A stretch of DNA of 32,000 nt from the NCBI GenBank assembly GCA_017469745.1, contig JAFUFS010000051.1, positions 15,222 through 47,221 of the forward strand. Direction: 5' to 3'. Below the pieces are notes generated by a model, which saw only the letters and a program-made list of their open reading frames with translations, was not told where the DNA came from and did not search any database. Of the stretch, positions 1-8,453 are shown one piece after another; within the stretch, counting starts at the first letter, position 1, and every line of letters begins with the position of its first letter. Made by a program: the position numbers and the translations under genes. The DNA is from Bacteroidales bacterium. GTDB taxonomy: Bacteria > Bacteroidota > Bacteroidia > Bacteroidales > UBA932.

Positions 1-440
1 TCTGGGCAGCTTGTGGCATCAACCGCGAAGACGGAAGACTGACAGCTCCGACAGCAATCAACAGCCAGGACATCCGGCTCTATGTCTGCCGCAAGGAAGG
101 TGCCTATGAATATATTGCCAAGGACAACGCCCTTGTCAAGGTAAGCGGCAAGGACCTTCGTCAGGATGTGGCGGCCGGCCAGGGGACTGTTGGAGAAGCT
201 CCCATGTTCCTCGTCCTGGTTGCCGATCTCAACAGGTACAACCGTCCCGGCCCAAGGACCGCCACCTTCGGTGCCATTGACTGCGGTTACGTGTCCCAGA
301 ACATCTGCCTGGCATGCGAGGCTCTCGGCCTTTCGACCGTCCCAAGGGCGATAATGAACCAGGATGTACTGAAAAAGGAGCTCGGCCTCAAGGAAGGCAT
401 GGAACTCCTTATCAATCATCCGGTTGGCTACAAGAAATAA
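1..440 (+). CDS. Nitroreductase-family protein, C-terminal fragment (5' end outside the window)
   Basis: Frame 3 is open from base 3 to TAA at 438-440. The translation (...INSQDIRLYVCRKEGAYEYIAKDNALVKVSGKDLRQDVAAGQG...APMFLVLVADLNRYN...FGAIDCGYVSQNICLACEALGLSTVPRAIMNQDVLKKELGL...INHPVGYKK) resembles the C-terminal half of FMN nitroreductase-fold proteins. Family assignment is by eye only. Confidence 0.65.
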   Translation, partial: WAACGINREDGRLTAPTAINSQDIRLYVCRKEGAYEYIAKDNALVKVSGKDLRQDVAAGQGTVGEAPMFLVLVADLNRYNRPGPRTATFGAIDCGYVSQNICLACEALGLSTVPRAIMNQDVLKKELGLKEGMELLINHPVGYKK

Positions 441-2329
441 TCAGGCTTTCAGTGTCCTGGCGGAATTAAGCACGGCCAGGACAAGGACTCCAACATCGGC
501 TACCACTGCCATCCACATGGTCGCAAGACCGGGGATGGCCAGGAGCAGGACAAGGACCTTCAGGGCAATCGAGAATGCAGTGTTCTCCTTAGCTATCCTG
601 AGGGTCTTTTTCGCTATCTTGATTCCCTCTGCGAGCTTGGAAGGCTTGTCGTCCATCAGCACCACGTCGGCAGCTTCAATGGCCGCATCTGAGCCGAGCG
701 CTCCCATTGCTATTCCTACATCTGCCCTCGCCAGGACAGGTGCGTCATTGATTCCGTCTCCGGCGAATGCCAGCTTCCTGCCTTCAGGTACTTCGGAGGC
801 CAGCCTTTCTACTTCCTCCACCTTGCCGTCGGGGAGAAGTCCGGCCTTATATTCATCGACTCCGGTGACTGAGGCGACTTCAGCTGCGACTTCCTCCTTG
901 TCTCCTGTGAGCATTACGGTCTTTCTGATTCCGCTTGCTTTCAATGCGCTGACGGCGGAAGCTGCATCGTCCTTGATCCTGTCGGAGACCACGATGTGGC
1001 CGGCATATTCACCGTCCAGGCTCACATGGACGATCGTTCCGCTCTTCTCGCAGTCCTTCCATGCAGCTCCGACAGCTTCCATCATCCTGCTGTTCCCGAC
1101 GCAGACATCATGGCCGTTCACCCTGGCCTTGACGCCCTGTCCGGCAACTTCCTCGACGGCTTCCACTGTGCATCCGTCCGCTTCTTCAGGATAAGCGTTC
1201 CTTAACGAGACTGCCACGGGGTGGGTTGAATATCTTTCCACATGGGCCGCGAGGTGGAGAAGCTCCTTTTCATCCAGCTTTTCAGGATGAACGGCGGTAA
1301 CCTCGAACACTCCTTGGGTGAGGGTGCCGGTCTTGTCGAAGACCACTGTGTCAAGCTTCGAAAGGGCCTCCAGATAATTGGATCCTTTCACCAGGATACC
1401 CTTTCTGGATGCTCCTCCGATTCCTCCGAAAAAGGCCAGAGGGATCGACACCACAAGGGCGCAGGGGCAGGAAACGATCAGGAAGGTGAGGGCCCTGTAG
1501 AGCCATTTGGCAAAGGTCCCTGCGAAATCGCCCGAAATCATCGGGGGAACGAAGGCCAGTACGAGGGCTGCGGCAACCACTATGGGGGTGTACACGCGTG
1601 CGAACCTTGTGATGAAGTTCTCGCTGGTGGATTTGTTGGAAGAGGCGTTCTCCACGAGGTCCAGGATCTTGGAGGCTGTAGACTCTCCGAATTCCTTGGT
1701 GACCCTGGCCCTGACCACTCCGGACAGGTTCACGCAGCCGGAGAGTATGCTGTCTCCTACGGAAATACCGCGGGGAACGCTTTCTCCGGTCAGGGCCACT
1801 GTGTCAAGGCTGGAACTTCCTTCAAGTACAGTTCCGTCCATAGGGACTTTCTCGCCGGGTTTCACCACTATTATTTCTCCGACCTTTACTTCTTCGGGGG
1901 AGACGCAGACCACTTCTCCGCCCCTTTCGACATTGGCAGTGTCCGGCCTGATGTCCATCAGTGATGAGATCGAATCCCTGCTTCTTCCTTCGGCCATCTC
2001 TTCGAAGAATTCTCCGACCTGGAAGAACAGCATCACGAAGACGGCTTCGGGAACTGGCTTTCAGCGCCTGGGAGGAAGCCGATGCAGAGGGCCCCGAGGG
2101 TGGCTATGCTCATCAGGAAGTCTTCGTCCAGCAGTTCTCCATGGAAGAGTTTCTCCGCAGCTTCCATAAGGGTTTCGCTGCCGGCGATGAGGTAGGGAAC
2201 CAGGAACAGAAGCAGTTCCTGCCACGTTTTAAGGTTTGCCGTCTTGCTTATCACGACAGCCGCTACCAGCAGCACTGCGCTCGCGACTATCTTCACCAAT
2301 CTCTCTTTGTTCTCCTTTTCCATTTTCAT
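441..2329 (-). pseudogene. P1B-type heavy-metal (Cd/Zn/Co-type, CPC motif) translocating ATPase, interrupted by a 1-nt frameshift (or sequencing error)
   Basis: Two adjacent minus-strand ORFs (2329..2033 and 2036..441) together give a complete ATPase. The N-terminal TM region ends ...GELLDEDFLMSIATLGALCIGFLPGAESQF. The second frame continues PEAVFVMLFFQVGEFFEE... and carries SCPCALV (CPC), DKTGTLT, STHPVA (HP) and GDGINDAP. The frames differ by one base at the GGG/CCC run at 2049-2051. The likely start is ATG 2329 (MKMEKENKERL). There is no N-terminal HMA domain. Confidence 0.8.
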
Positions 2330-2414
2330 TCTTTTTTCTTTCACTGCCAGTACAAAGGTCGGAAGAAAGGTGTGCAACCGGGTTGCAAAGTGAAAAAATT
2401 GCTATATTTAGAGT

Positions 2415-3239
2415 ATGAAAGAAGAAGTTAAGGTCGTGCTCCTGACGGGAGGCAGCAGCGGAATCGGGGCTGCGGCAGCCCGGCTGATGTGCCAGGCAGG
2501 AATGACAGTCTACGCGGCATCAAGGAGCGGAAAGGCCCCGGAAGGATATTCAGGAAACGGGAATATCTTTCCTGTGGTGATGGATGTCAATGACGAAGCT
2601 GCCATCCGGGAGGTGGTCGAAAGGATCCTTTCTGAGCAGGGAAGGCTCGACGCGGTGGTCTGCAATGCCGGGAACGGGATAGCCGGTCCAATTGAAGAAA
2701 CTTCGATCGAGGAGATCGAAACCCAGTTCAGGACCACTTTCTATGGAGTTGTCAAGACAATCGATGCCTGCCTTCCGGTGTTCAGGGAGCAGAAGCACGG
2801 TCGGGTGATCACCATCTCCTCAGTGGCTGCGGTGGCCCCGCTCCCTTACCAGGGATTCTATTCAGCAGTCAAGGCCGGCATCCTTAACCTCACCAAGGCC
2901 CTGGCGATAGAGACCAGGCCTTTCGGCATCCAGTGCTGCTCGATCCTGCCCGGAGATGTCCGGACCGGCTTCACTGCTGCAAGGAAAGTGGCTCTCAAGG
3001 CCCAGGCAGAAGATTCTCCCTATCGCAAGCGTACTGTCCGAGGCATTGCGGCCATGTCGAAGGATGAACAGGAGGGGATGGAGCCTGAGGTGATCGGAAA
3101 AGCCATCCTCAAGCAACTCAGAAGGCGGCGGATGCGGCCGGAGGTCACTCCGACATTCATCTACAGCCTGCTTGTGTGGGCCATCAGAAGATTCCCGCAG
3201 AGTTTCGTGCTCCGCGTGATCGGTAAATTATATTCATAG
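2415..3239 (+). CDS. Short-chain dehydrogenase/reductase (SDR) family oxidoreductase
   Basis: 274-aa ORF. It has the N-terminal Rossmann motif TGGSSGIG, the NAG motif (CNAGNG) and the catalytic YSAVKAG (YxxxK). Confidence 0.88.
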   Translation: MKEEVKVVLLTGGSSGIGAAAARLMCQAGMTVYAASRSGKAPEGYSGNGNIFPVVMDVNDEAAIREVVERILSEQGRLDAVVCNAGNGIAGPIEETSIEEIETQFRTTFYGVVKTIDACLPVFREQKHGRVITISSVAAVAPLPYQGFYSAVKAGILNLTKALAIETRPFGIQCCSILPGDVRTGFTAARKVALKAQAEDSPYRKRTVRGIAAMSKDEQEGMEPEVIGKAILKQLRRRRMRPEVTPTFIYSLLVWAIRRFPQSFVLRVIGKLYS

Positions 3240-3355
3240 AACAACTGTTCGTCGATCGATATTGGAGGTTCGTCGACTTGTTGGCTCCAGGGATTAAACC
3301 CAAAGCATAGTTGCTTGTCAAACAATCGGTTGAACCAATAAAACGAGATAAAAAA

Positions 3356-3937
3356 ATGAAAAGGACACTATTAATCGCAACAGCACTTTTGCTGTCAGTC
3401 GGTGCCTTCGCACAGGAGAACCGTCAGGGATTCCAGAGGCCCGATGAAGCTACCATGATCAAGATGCGCACTGAGCGCATGGCCCAGCAGCTCGGTCTCG
3501 ATGAGGCCCAGACTGCAAAGCTTCTTGAACTGAACCAGAAGTACCCCAATGCCATGATGGGAGGTCCCGGAGGCCCTGGTATGGGCAGACCGTCCAGAGA
3601 GGCAAGGGATGAGCAGAACGCGACAGACGAGAATGCCAACGGAAAGAAGGTAAAGAAAGCCAAGAAGGCCAAGAAAGCCGAGAAAGCCGAAGGTGAAACC
3701 AATGATCGCGAATCCAGGATGAAAGAAATGCAGGCTTCCATGGAGGCTTATGAGACTGAACTCAAGGGCATCCTGACGGAAGAGCAGTTCAAGACCTGGC
3801 AGGAGAACAGGAACAGGCGCCCTGAAGGACGCGGCCCCGGCGGTCCCGGTGGTCAAGGACGTCCCGGAGGCCGTGGAGGTTTCGGCCAGGGTGGTAACTT
3901 TGGCGGAGGAAACTTCGGCGGAGGAGAAGAATTTTAA
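3356..3937 (+). CDS. Secreted DUF4890/Spy-CpxP-like (LTxxQ) periplasmic protein with low-complexity Lys-rich and Gly-rich segments
   Basis: ATG 3356 gives the signal peptide MKRTLLIATALLLSVGAFA/QE. The track start TTG 3311 adds 15 non-signal residues, so I prefer 3356. Helical repeats include MRTERMAQQLGLDEAQTAKLLELNQKY and ILTEEQFKTWQENRNR. There is a KKAKKAKKAEKAE tract and a C-terminal GGPGGQGRPGGRGGFGQGGNFGGGNFGGG tail. Confidence 0.6.
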   Translation: MKRTLLIATALLLSVGAFAQENRQGFQRPDEATMIKMRTERMAQQLGLDEAQTAKLLELNQKYPNAMMGGPGGPGMGRPSREARDEQNATDENANGKKVKKAKKAKKAEKAEGETNDRESRMKEMQASMEAYETELKGILTEEQFKTWQENRNRRPEGRGPGGPGGQGRPGGRGGFGQGGNFGGGNFGGGEEF

Positions 3938-3943
3938 TAATAT

Positions 3944-5056
3944 ATGAAGAAACTCGGATTCGGACTTATGCGGCTCCCCATTGTGGATCCGCGCAACCCC
4001 AAATCTATAGACATCGACCATTTCAAGAAGATGGTCGATGTCTTCATGGATAGGGGATTCACTTATTTCGACACGGCGTACACCTACCATCAGAGCAAGA
4101 GCGAGTCGGCTTTCCGCGTCGCTGTCAAGGAGAGGTATCCTCGTGAAAGTTTCACCATCACGGACAAGATGCCCATGTGGGAAGTCCGGCAGGAGTCGGA
4201 CTATGAGCGTCTGTTCAAGGTCCAGCTGGAGCGGACCGGAGTGGACTATTTCGACTACTACTGGTTCCACACGCTCAACAAGGGCTATGTCGACGTCCTG
4301 GACAGGACCAACGGATGGGATTTCATGCTCAGGAAGCAGAAGGAAGGCCGGATAAAGAACATCGGTTTCTCCTTCCACGACGATTCCCCGACTCTCGAAC
4401 GTATCCTGAGGGAGCACCCTGAGATGGAACATGTCCAGCTTCAGATCAACTACGTCGACTGGGATTCACCGTCCATCGAATCAGGCAAGTGCTACGAACT
4501 CTGCGAAAAATACGGCCGCAAGGTGATCGTCATGGAACCTGTCAAAGGCGGTTCTCTCGCAACCGTCCCTGCGGAAGTGGAATCCATATTCAAGGAGCAT
4601 TCTCCAGAGGCGTCTCCTGCTTCGTGGGCGATCCGTTTCGCGGCATCCTTGCCGAACGTGATGATGGTCCTGAGCGGCATGAGCGAACTCTCACAGGTCG
4701 AGGACAACACTTCCTACATGCAGGATTTCAAGCCTCTTGACGAGGCTGAGCAGCTGATCATGGCCAGGGCGGCGGGGATCATCAAGAATTCCATCGCCAT
4801 CCCTTGCACTTCCTGCCACTACTGCACGGACGGCTGTCCGATGAACATAGCGATCCCTGAATATTTTGCCCTCTACAATTCCCTTAAACAGTTCGGAAAG
4901 ACTTCGGCCTTCAACAGCCGCTTCTATTTCAACCGCCTTTCAGAATACAGAGGGAAGCCATCAGACTGCATCGAGTGTGGCCAATGCGAGGAACATTGTC
5001 CCCAGCATCTGCCTATCATCAGCAATCTGAAGCTGGTAAAGGAAGAATACGAATAA
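3944..5056 (+). CDS. Aldo/keto reductase with C-terminal 4Fe-4S ferredoxin-type domain
   Basis: 370-aa ORF. The AKR-like N-terminus is MKKLGFGLMRLP...GFTYFDTAYTYHQSKSE. Two Cys clusters lie near the C-terminus: CTSCHYCTDGCP and CIECGQCEEHCP. Confidence 0.82.
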   Translation: MKKLGFGLMRLPIVDPRNPKSIDIDHFKKMVDVFMDRGFTYFDTAYTYHQSKSESAFRVAVKERYPRESFTITDKMPMWEVRQESDYERLFKVQLERTGVDYFDYYWFHTLNKGYVDVLDRTNGWDFMLRKQKEGRIKNIGFSFHDDSPTLERILREHPEMEHVQLQINYVDWDSPSIESGKCYELCEKYGRKVIVMEPVKGGSLATVPAEVESIFKEHSPEASPASWAIRFAASLPNVMMVLSGMSELSQVEDNTSYMQDFKPLDEAEQLIMARAAGIIKNSIAIPCTSCHYCTDGCPMNIAIPEYFALYNSLKQFGKTSAFNSRFYFNRLSEYRGKPSDCIECGQCEEHCPQHLPIISNLKLVKEEYE

Positions 5057-5066
5057 TCCTGCAGTC

Positions 5067-6227
5067 TCAGGAACGCCTGAACAACTTGTCGATCACCAGG
5101 GCGATGGCTCCGTCGCCGGTGACATTGCACGCTGTTCCGAAATTGTCCATCGTGATGTAGAGAGCGATCATCAGGGCCTGCTCCTGTTCTCCGAATCCGA
5201 GCATTGAAGCAAGCACACCAAGAGCTGCCATGATTGCACCTCCCGGTACTCCCGGGGCGGCTACCATCATCACTCCCAGCATCATGATGAAGCCCAGAAA
5301 CATCCAGAAATCGAACTGCATGCCCTGCATCATCATGAGGGCTACCGCGCAGGCTGTGATCTTGAGGCAGCTGCCGGAAAGATGGATCGTGGCGCAGAGC
5401 GGGACCGTGAATCCTGCGATCTCATCGCTGACACCGTTCTTCTTGGTACATTCCAGGGTCACGGGAATAGTGGCGGCTGAAGAAGAAGTACCCAGGGCGG
5501 TAAAGTAGGCCGGCAGCATCTTGCCAAGCAGTTTGAAAGGATTCCTGCGTACAATTCCTCCGGCAATGCTGTACTGGAAGACCAGCAGGAAGATGTGGAG
5601 CAGGAAGATCACTCCGATTATGGAGATGAAGACCTTTATCACGCCGAAGGCCTGGCCAGTGTAGGTCATGTTGAGGAATATGCCGAAGATGTAGACGGGG
5701 AGCAGGGGAATGATGACCACTTCGATGGCCTTCACGATTATGTCCTTGAACTCCTCGGAGAGTTTCTTTAGTTGGGGAGACCCGAAAAAGGCCATTCCCA
5801 GTCCCAAGGTGAATGCAAAGACCAGTGACGCCATGACGTCCACCATCGGTGGAATCTGGATGGTGAAGTAAGGCTCAAGGTTTTCGAATTCCGCTATCGA
5901 TGATGGTGTCGTGCCGCCGATGAGCTTAGGGAACACCGACACGCTCGTACCGTAAGACAGCAGACCCGCAAAGACAGTGTCGCAGTAGGCGATTATCACG
6001 GTGATAAGCAGCAGCTTGCCGGCTCCGTCCCCGATCTCTGCAATGGCCGGTGTGACCAGGCCGATGATGATCAGCGGGATCAGGAACTGAAGGAAGTTAC
6101 TGAATATGCTGTTGAAAGTTACGAAAAGCCGGACCATCGATTTCGGAAGGAACAGGCCGAAAACGATGCCCAGGATGATAGCGATAATGATCCGGGGAAG
6201 GAGCCCCAGGTGGAAACTTTTTTTCAA
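5067..6227 (-). CDS. Dicarboxylate/amino acid:cation symporter (DAACS) family transporter, SstT-like
   Basis: 386-aa polytopic membrane ORF. Matching segments are RRNPFKLLGKMLPAYFTALGTSSSAATIPVTLECT, VPLCATIHLSGS and DNFGTACNVTGDGAIALVID, which fit the conserved re-entrant loop regions of the Na+/serine-threonine and glutamate symporter family. Confidence 0.78.
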   Translation of the reverse strand: MKKSFHLGLLPRIIIAIILGIVFGLFLPKSMVRLFVTFNSIFSNFLQFLIPLIIIGLVTPAIAEIGDGAGKLLLITVIIAYCDTVFAGLLSYGTSVSVFPKLIGGTTPSSIAEFENLEPYFTIQIPPMVDVMASLVFAFTLGLGMAFFGSPQLKKLSEEFKDIIVKAIEVVIIPLLPVYIFGIFLNMTYTGQAFGVIKVFISIIGVIFLLHIFLLVFQYSIAGGIVRRNPFKLLGKMLPAYFTALGTSSSAATIPVTLECTKKNGVSDEIAGFTVPLCATIHLSGSCLKITACAVALMMMQGMQFDFWMFLGFIMMLGVMMVAAPGVPGGAIMAALGVLASMLGFGEQEQALMIALYITMDNFGTACNVTGDGAIALVIDKLFRRS

Positions 6228-6292
6228 GGTCAGGGAGTGTTATCAATTTCCACAAATATGGTGAATTTTCACCAATTATGGAACAGACACAA

Positions 6293-7579
6293 TCACGAGA
6301 AGCGCCTTGGAAGGCGGAAAAGGATGGAAAGGCACGCTACTCCCAGCAGTATGAATGGATAGAACAGGTAGGGAATGATCTCGGTGGCGGATATTCCTGT
6401 AAAGCCTGAGGCCATGAGAAGCTGGGCTCCGTAGGGGATCAGGCCCTGGACTGCGCAGGAGAAGGTGTCCAGGATGGAAGCGGTCTTTCTGGGATCGAGC
6501 TTGAAGCGGTCCGTGATGTCCTTGGCGATATGGCCGGTCGTGAGGATGGCAATGGTGTTGTTGGCGGTGCAGAGATTTGAGACACCGACCAGGGCGGCGA
6601 TGCTGAATTCAGCCCCTCTCTTGCCTTTTATGCCCTTGGTGAGACCCTTGATGATGAAATCCAGTCCTCCGTTCTGCCTGATCAGTTCGAGCATTCCTCC
6701 GGCAAGCATGGTTACGATGATCAATTCTCCCATGTCGGCTATTCCTTCACCTACGCTGCTGAGGAAGCCTGTCCATGTGAGTCCGTCGGCAAACCCGATT
6801 ATACCGCAAAGGGCGAGTCCGAGGGCCAGGACCACCAGGACATTGATCCCGCACAAGGCCAATATGATCACGCTGAGGTAGGGGATCAGCTTCACTATGC
6901 TGATTTCCCCGATTTCAGGTGAAACATCCATGTTCAGGCCGATCACGACGTAGATCGCCGCGACGATGATGGCTGCAGGTCCTGCTATCCAGATGTTAGC
7001 TTTGAATTTGTCGGACATCGAGCACCCTTGGGTCGTAGTTGCGGCGATGGTGGTGTCTGAGATGAAGGAAAGGTTGTCACCGAAGAATGCACCTCCTACG
7101 ATCAGGGCTATGATCATCTGTAGGGAAATGTCTGACTGTGAGGCTATTCCTGAAGCTATCGGGGCGAGAGCAACGATCGTACCCACACTGGTACCTACCG
7201 ACATCGAGATGAAGCAGGCGGCCAGGAACAAGCCGGCAAGGATAAACTTCCCGGGGAGTATCCTCAATGTAAGGTTGACCGTGGCTTCGACGCTTCCGAT
7301 GGCTTTTGCCGTAGAAGCGAAGGCTCCTGCCATTATGAATATCCAGATCATCAGGAGCACTTTCTTGTTGCCGGCTCCGGACGAGAATGCATCGATACGG
7401 TCGGAGATGCTGCCGGGAGTGATGATGACAGCGTAGACCGAAGCCAGAAGGAAAGCGGAAGCTACAGGGACCTTGTAGAAATCGCCGCAGACGAGCGAGG
7501 TCACAAGGTATGTCAGCAGGAACACTGCCAACGGGCTGAGGGCCAGCCAGCCATTCATTTTTTTAGTATTCTCGGGCAT
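6293..7579 (-). CDS. Na+/H+ antiporter NhaC-family membrane protein
   Basis: 428-aa polytopic ORF. FFGDNLSFISDTTIAATTTQG and the overall hydrophobic architecture resemble NhaC-family proteins. The start could instead be the internal Met (MNGWLAL). Confidence 0.65.
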   Translation of the reverse strand: MPENTKKMNGWLALSPLAVFLLTYLVTSLVCGDFYKVPVASAFLLASVYAVIITPGSISDRIDAFSSGAGNKKVLLMIWIFIMAGAFASTAKAIGSVEATVNLTLRILPGKFILAGLFLAACFISMSVGTSVGTIVALAPIASGIASQSDISLQMIIALIVGGAFFGDNLSFISDTTIAATTTQGCSMSDKFKANIWIAGPAAIIVAAIYVVIGLNMDVSPEIGEISIVKLIPYLSVIILALCGINVLVVLALGLALCGIIGFADGLTWTGFLSSVGEGIADMGELIIVTMLAGGMLELIRQNGGLDFIIKGLTKGIKGKRGAEFSIAALVGVSNLCTANNTIAILTTGHIAKDITDRFKLDPRKTASILDTFSCAVQGLIPYGAQLLMASGFTGISATEIIPYLFYPFILLGVACLSILFRLPRRFS

Positions 7580-7600
7580 CGTTTTTTGTTAAGTCGCTTG

Positions 7601-7608
7601 CAAATATA
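7601..7608 (-). promoter_or_regulatory. Candidate -7 box (TATATTTG, minus strand) for the NhaC-family gene
   Basis: TAnnTTTG match 22 nt upstream of ATG 7579. It is back to back with the divergent box at 7624-7631. Confidence 0.3.
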
Positions 7609-7623
7609 GGACTTTATTTTTCA

Positions 7624-7631
7624 TATCTTTG
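7624..7631 (+). promoter_or_regulatory. Candidate -7 box (TATCTTTG) for the DUF3298 lipoprotein gene
   Basis: TAnnTTTG match 24 nt upstream of ATG 7655. Confidence 0.3.
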
Positions 7632-7654
7632 TAAACTAACAGCTTTTAATCGCA

Positions 7655-8449
7655 ATGAAGAACTCGATCATAATCCCGATAGCGTTGCTCCTTGCCTTCA
7701 TGGGAGCTGTTTCGTGCAATAGGAGCGAGACAGTCATAAGTACCTATGAGAACCAGGTCGAGCAGAAACTCGAGCAGAGCGATTCCGCCGGAGTGACTGT
7801 CATCCAGAGCATTGAATATCTTGAAAGCATGGAAGGAGGCAAGTCCCTCTGTGCCAAGGTCAACAACCTAGTCGTCAGGTTCTGCTTCGGGGATTCGTAC
7901 GACGGGTACGAACTCCGTCCGGCTTCCGAGGATTATGCTGCATCCCTGGTGGACGACTACAAGAAGGATGCAGGAGAGACCTTTGACGAAGATTCGGAGT
8001 CTTACTGGGCTTACAACTGGTCTTACCTGATGGCAGGAAGGTTCTCCGATTCCTACGGGGACCTTCAGACCTACACCGTCTATTCCGAGAACTATCTGGG
8101 CGGAGCCCATGGCATGCAGTCCCTTATCCCTCACGTGATAAACCTGAGGACGGGGGAGGAAGTCACTGAGGAGGATTTCTTTGCAGAAGGCTATGAGGAA
8201 CCCGTCGCCGGCCTTATCCGCGATGCCCTCCAGAAGGAATGGGGCTCTCCGGATGATCCCAGTTCGACGTATTGCATGATGGAAGAAGAAGGGATGGTGC
8301 CGAACGGCTTCTACGGAGTATCCGAGGAAGGCGTCACCTGGTACTACCAGCCCTATGTCATTGCGAGCTATGCCCAGGGAGTGATTGAGGCAAAGGTCCC
8401 CTGGTACCTGCTGAAGCCCTATATCTCAAAGGAATTCTCCAAGTTCTGA
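7655..8449 (+). CDS. Lipoprotein with DUF4163/DUF3298-like (RsiV-type) domains
   Basis: The lipoprotein signal is MKNSIIIPIALLLAFMGAVSC. The YSENYLGGAHGMQS motif and the C-terminal YQPYVIASYAQGVIEAKVPW are typical of DUF3298 proteins. Confidence 0.6.
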   Translation: MKNSIIIPIALLLAFMGAVSCNRSETVISTYENQVEQKLEQSDSAGVTVIQSIEYLESMEGGKSLCAKVNNLVVRFCFGDSYDGYELRPASEDYAASLVDDYKKDAGETFDEDSESYWAYNWSYLMAGRFSDSYGDLQTYTVYSENYLGGAHGMQSLIPHVINLRTGEEVTEEDFFAEGYEEPVAGLIRDALQKEWGSPDDPSSTYCMMEEEGMVPNGFYGVSEEGVTWYYQPYVIASYAQGVIEAKVPWYLLKPYISKEFSKF

Positions 8450-8453
8450 TCCC

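Noticed and set aside
2033-2377. 114-aa ORF as an independent small membrane protein
   Set aside because: Its sequence (…DEDFLMSIATLGALCIGF…) is the normal N-terminal membrane region of the adjacent ATPase. It is better explained as the upstream half of a frameshifted gene.
424-2431. Long plus-strand ORFs (424..1194, 996..1205, 1242..1964, 1507..2169, 1961..2431) opposite the P-type ATPase
   Set aside because: They lie entirely antisense to a gene with unmistakable P1B ATPase motifs. Their translations are Ala/Ser/Thr/Pro/Gly/Arg-rich low-complexity strings with no recognisable motifs. These are typical shadow ORFs in GC-rich coding DNA.
3395-4432. 345-aa minus-strand ORF spanning the DUF4890-like gene and the start of the aldo/keto reductase gene
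   Set aside because: It crosses a gene boundary on the opposite strand, has no motif content, and overlaps two plus-strand genes with clear signal-peptide and AKR features. It is an antisense artefact. The same reasoning applies to the many 60-180-aa ORFs antisense to GH2, SusC, SusD, the regulator and the ABC gene.
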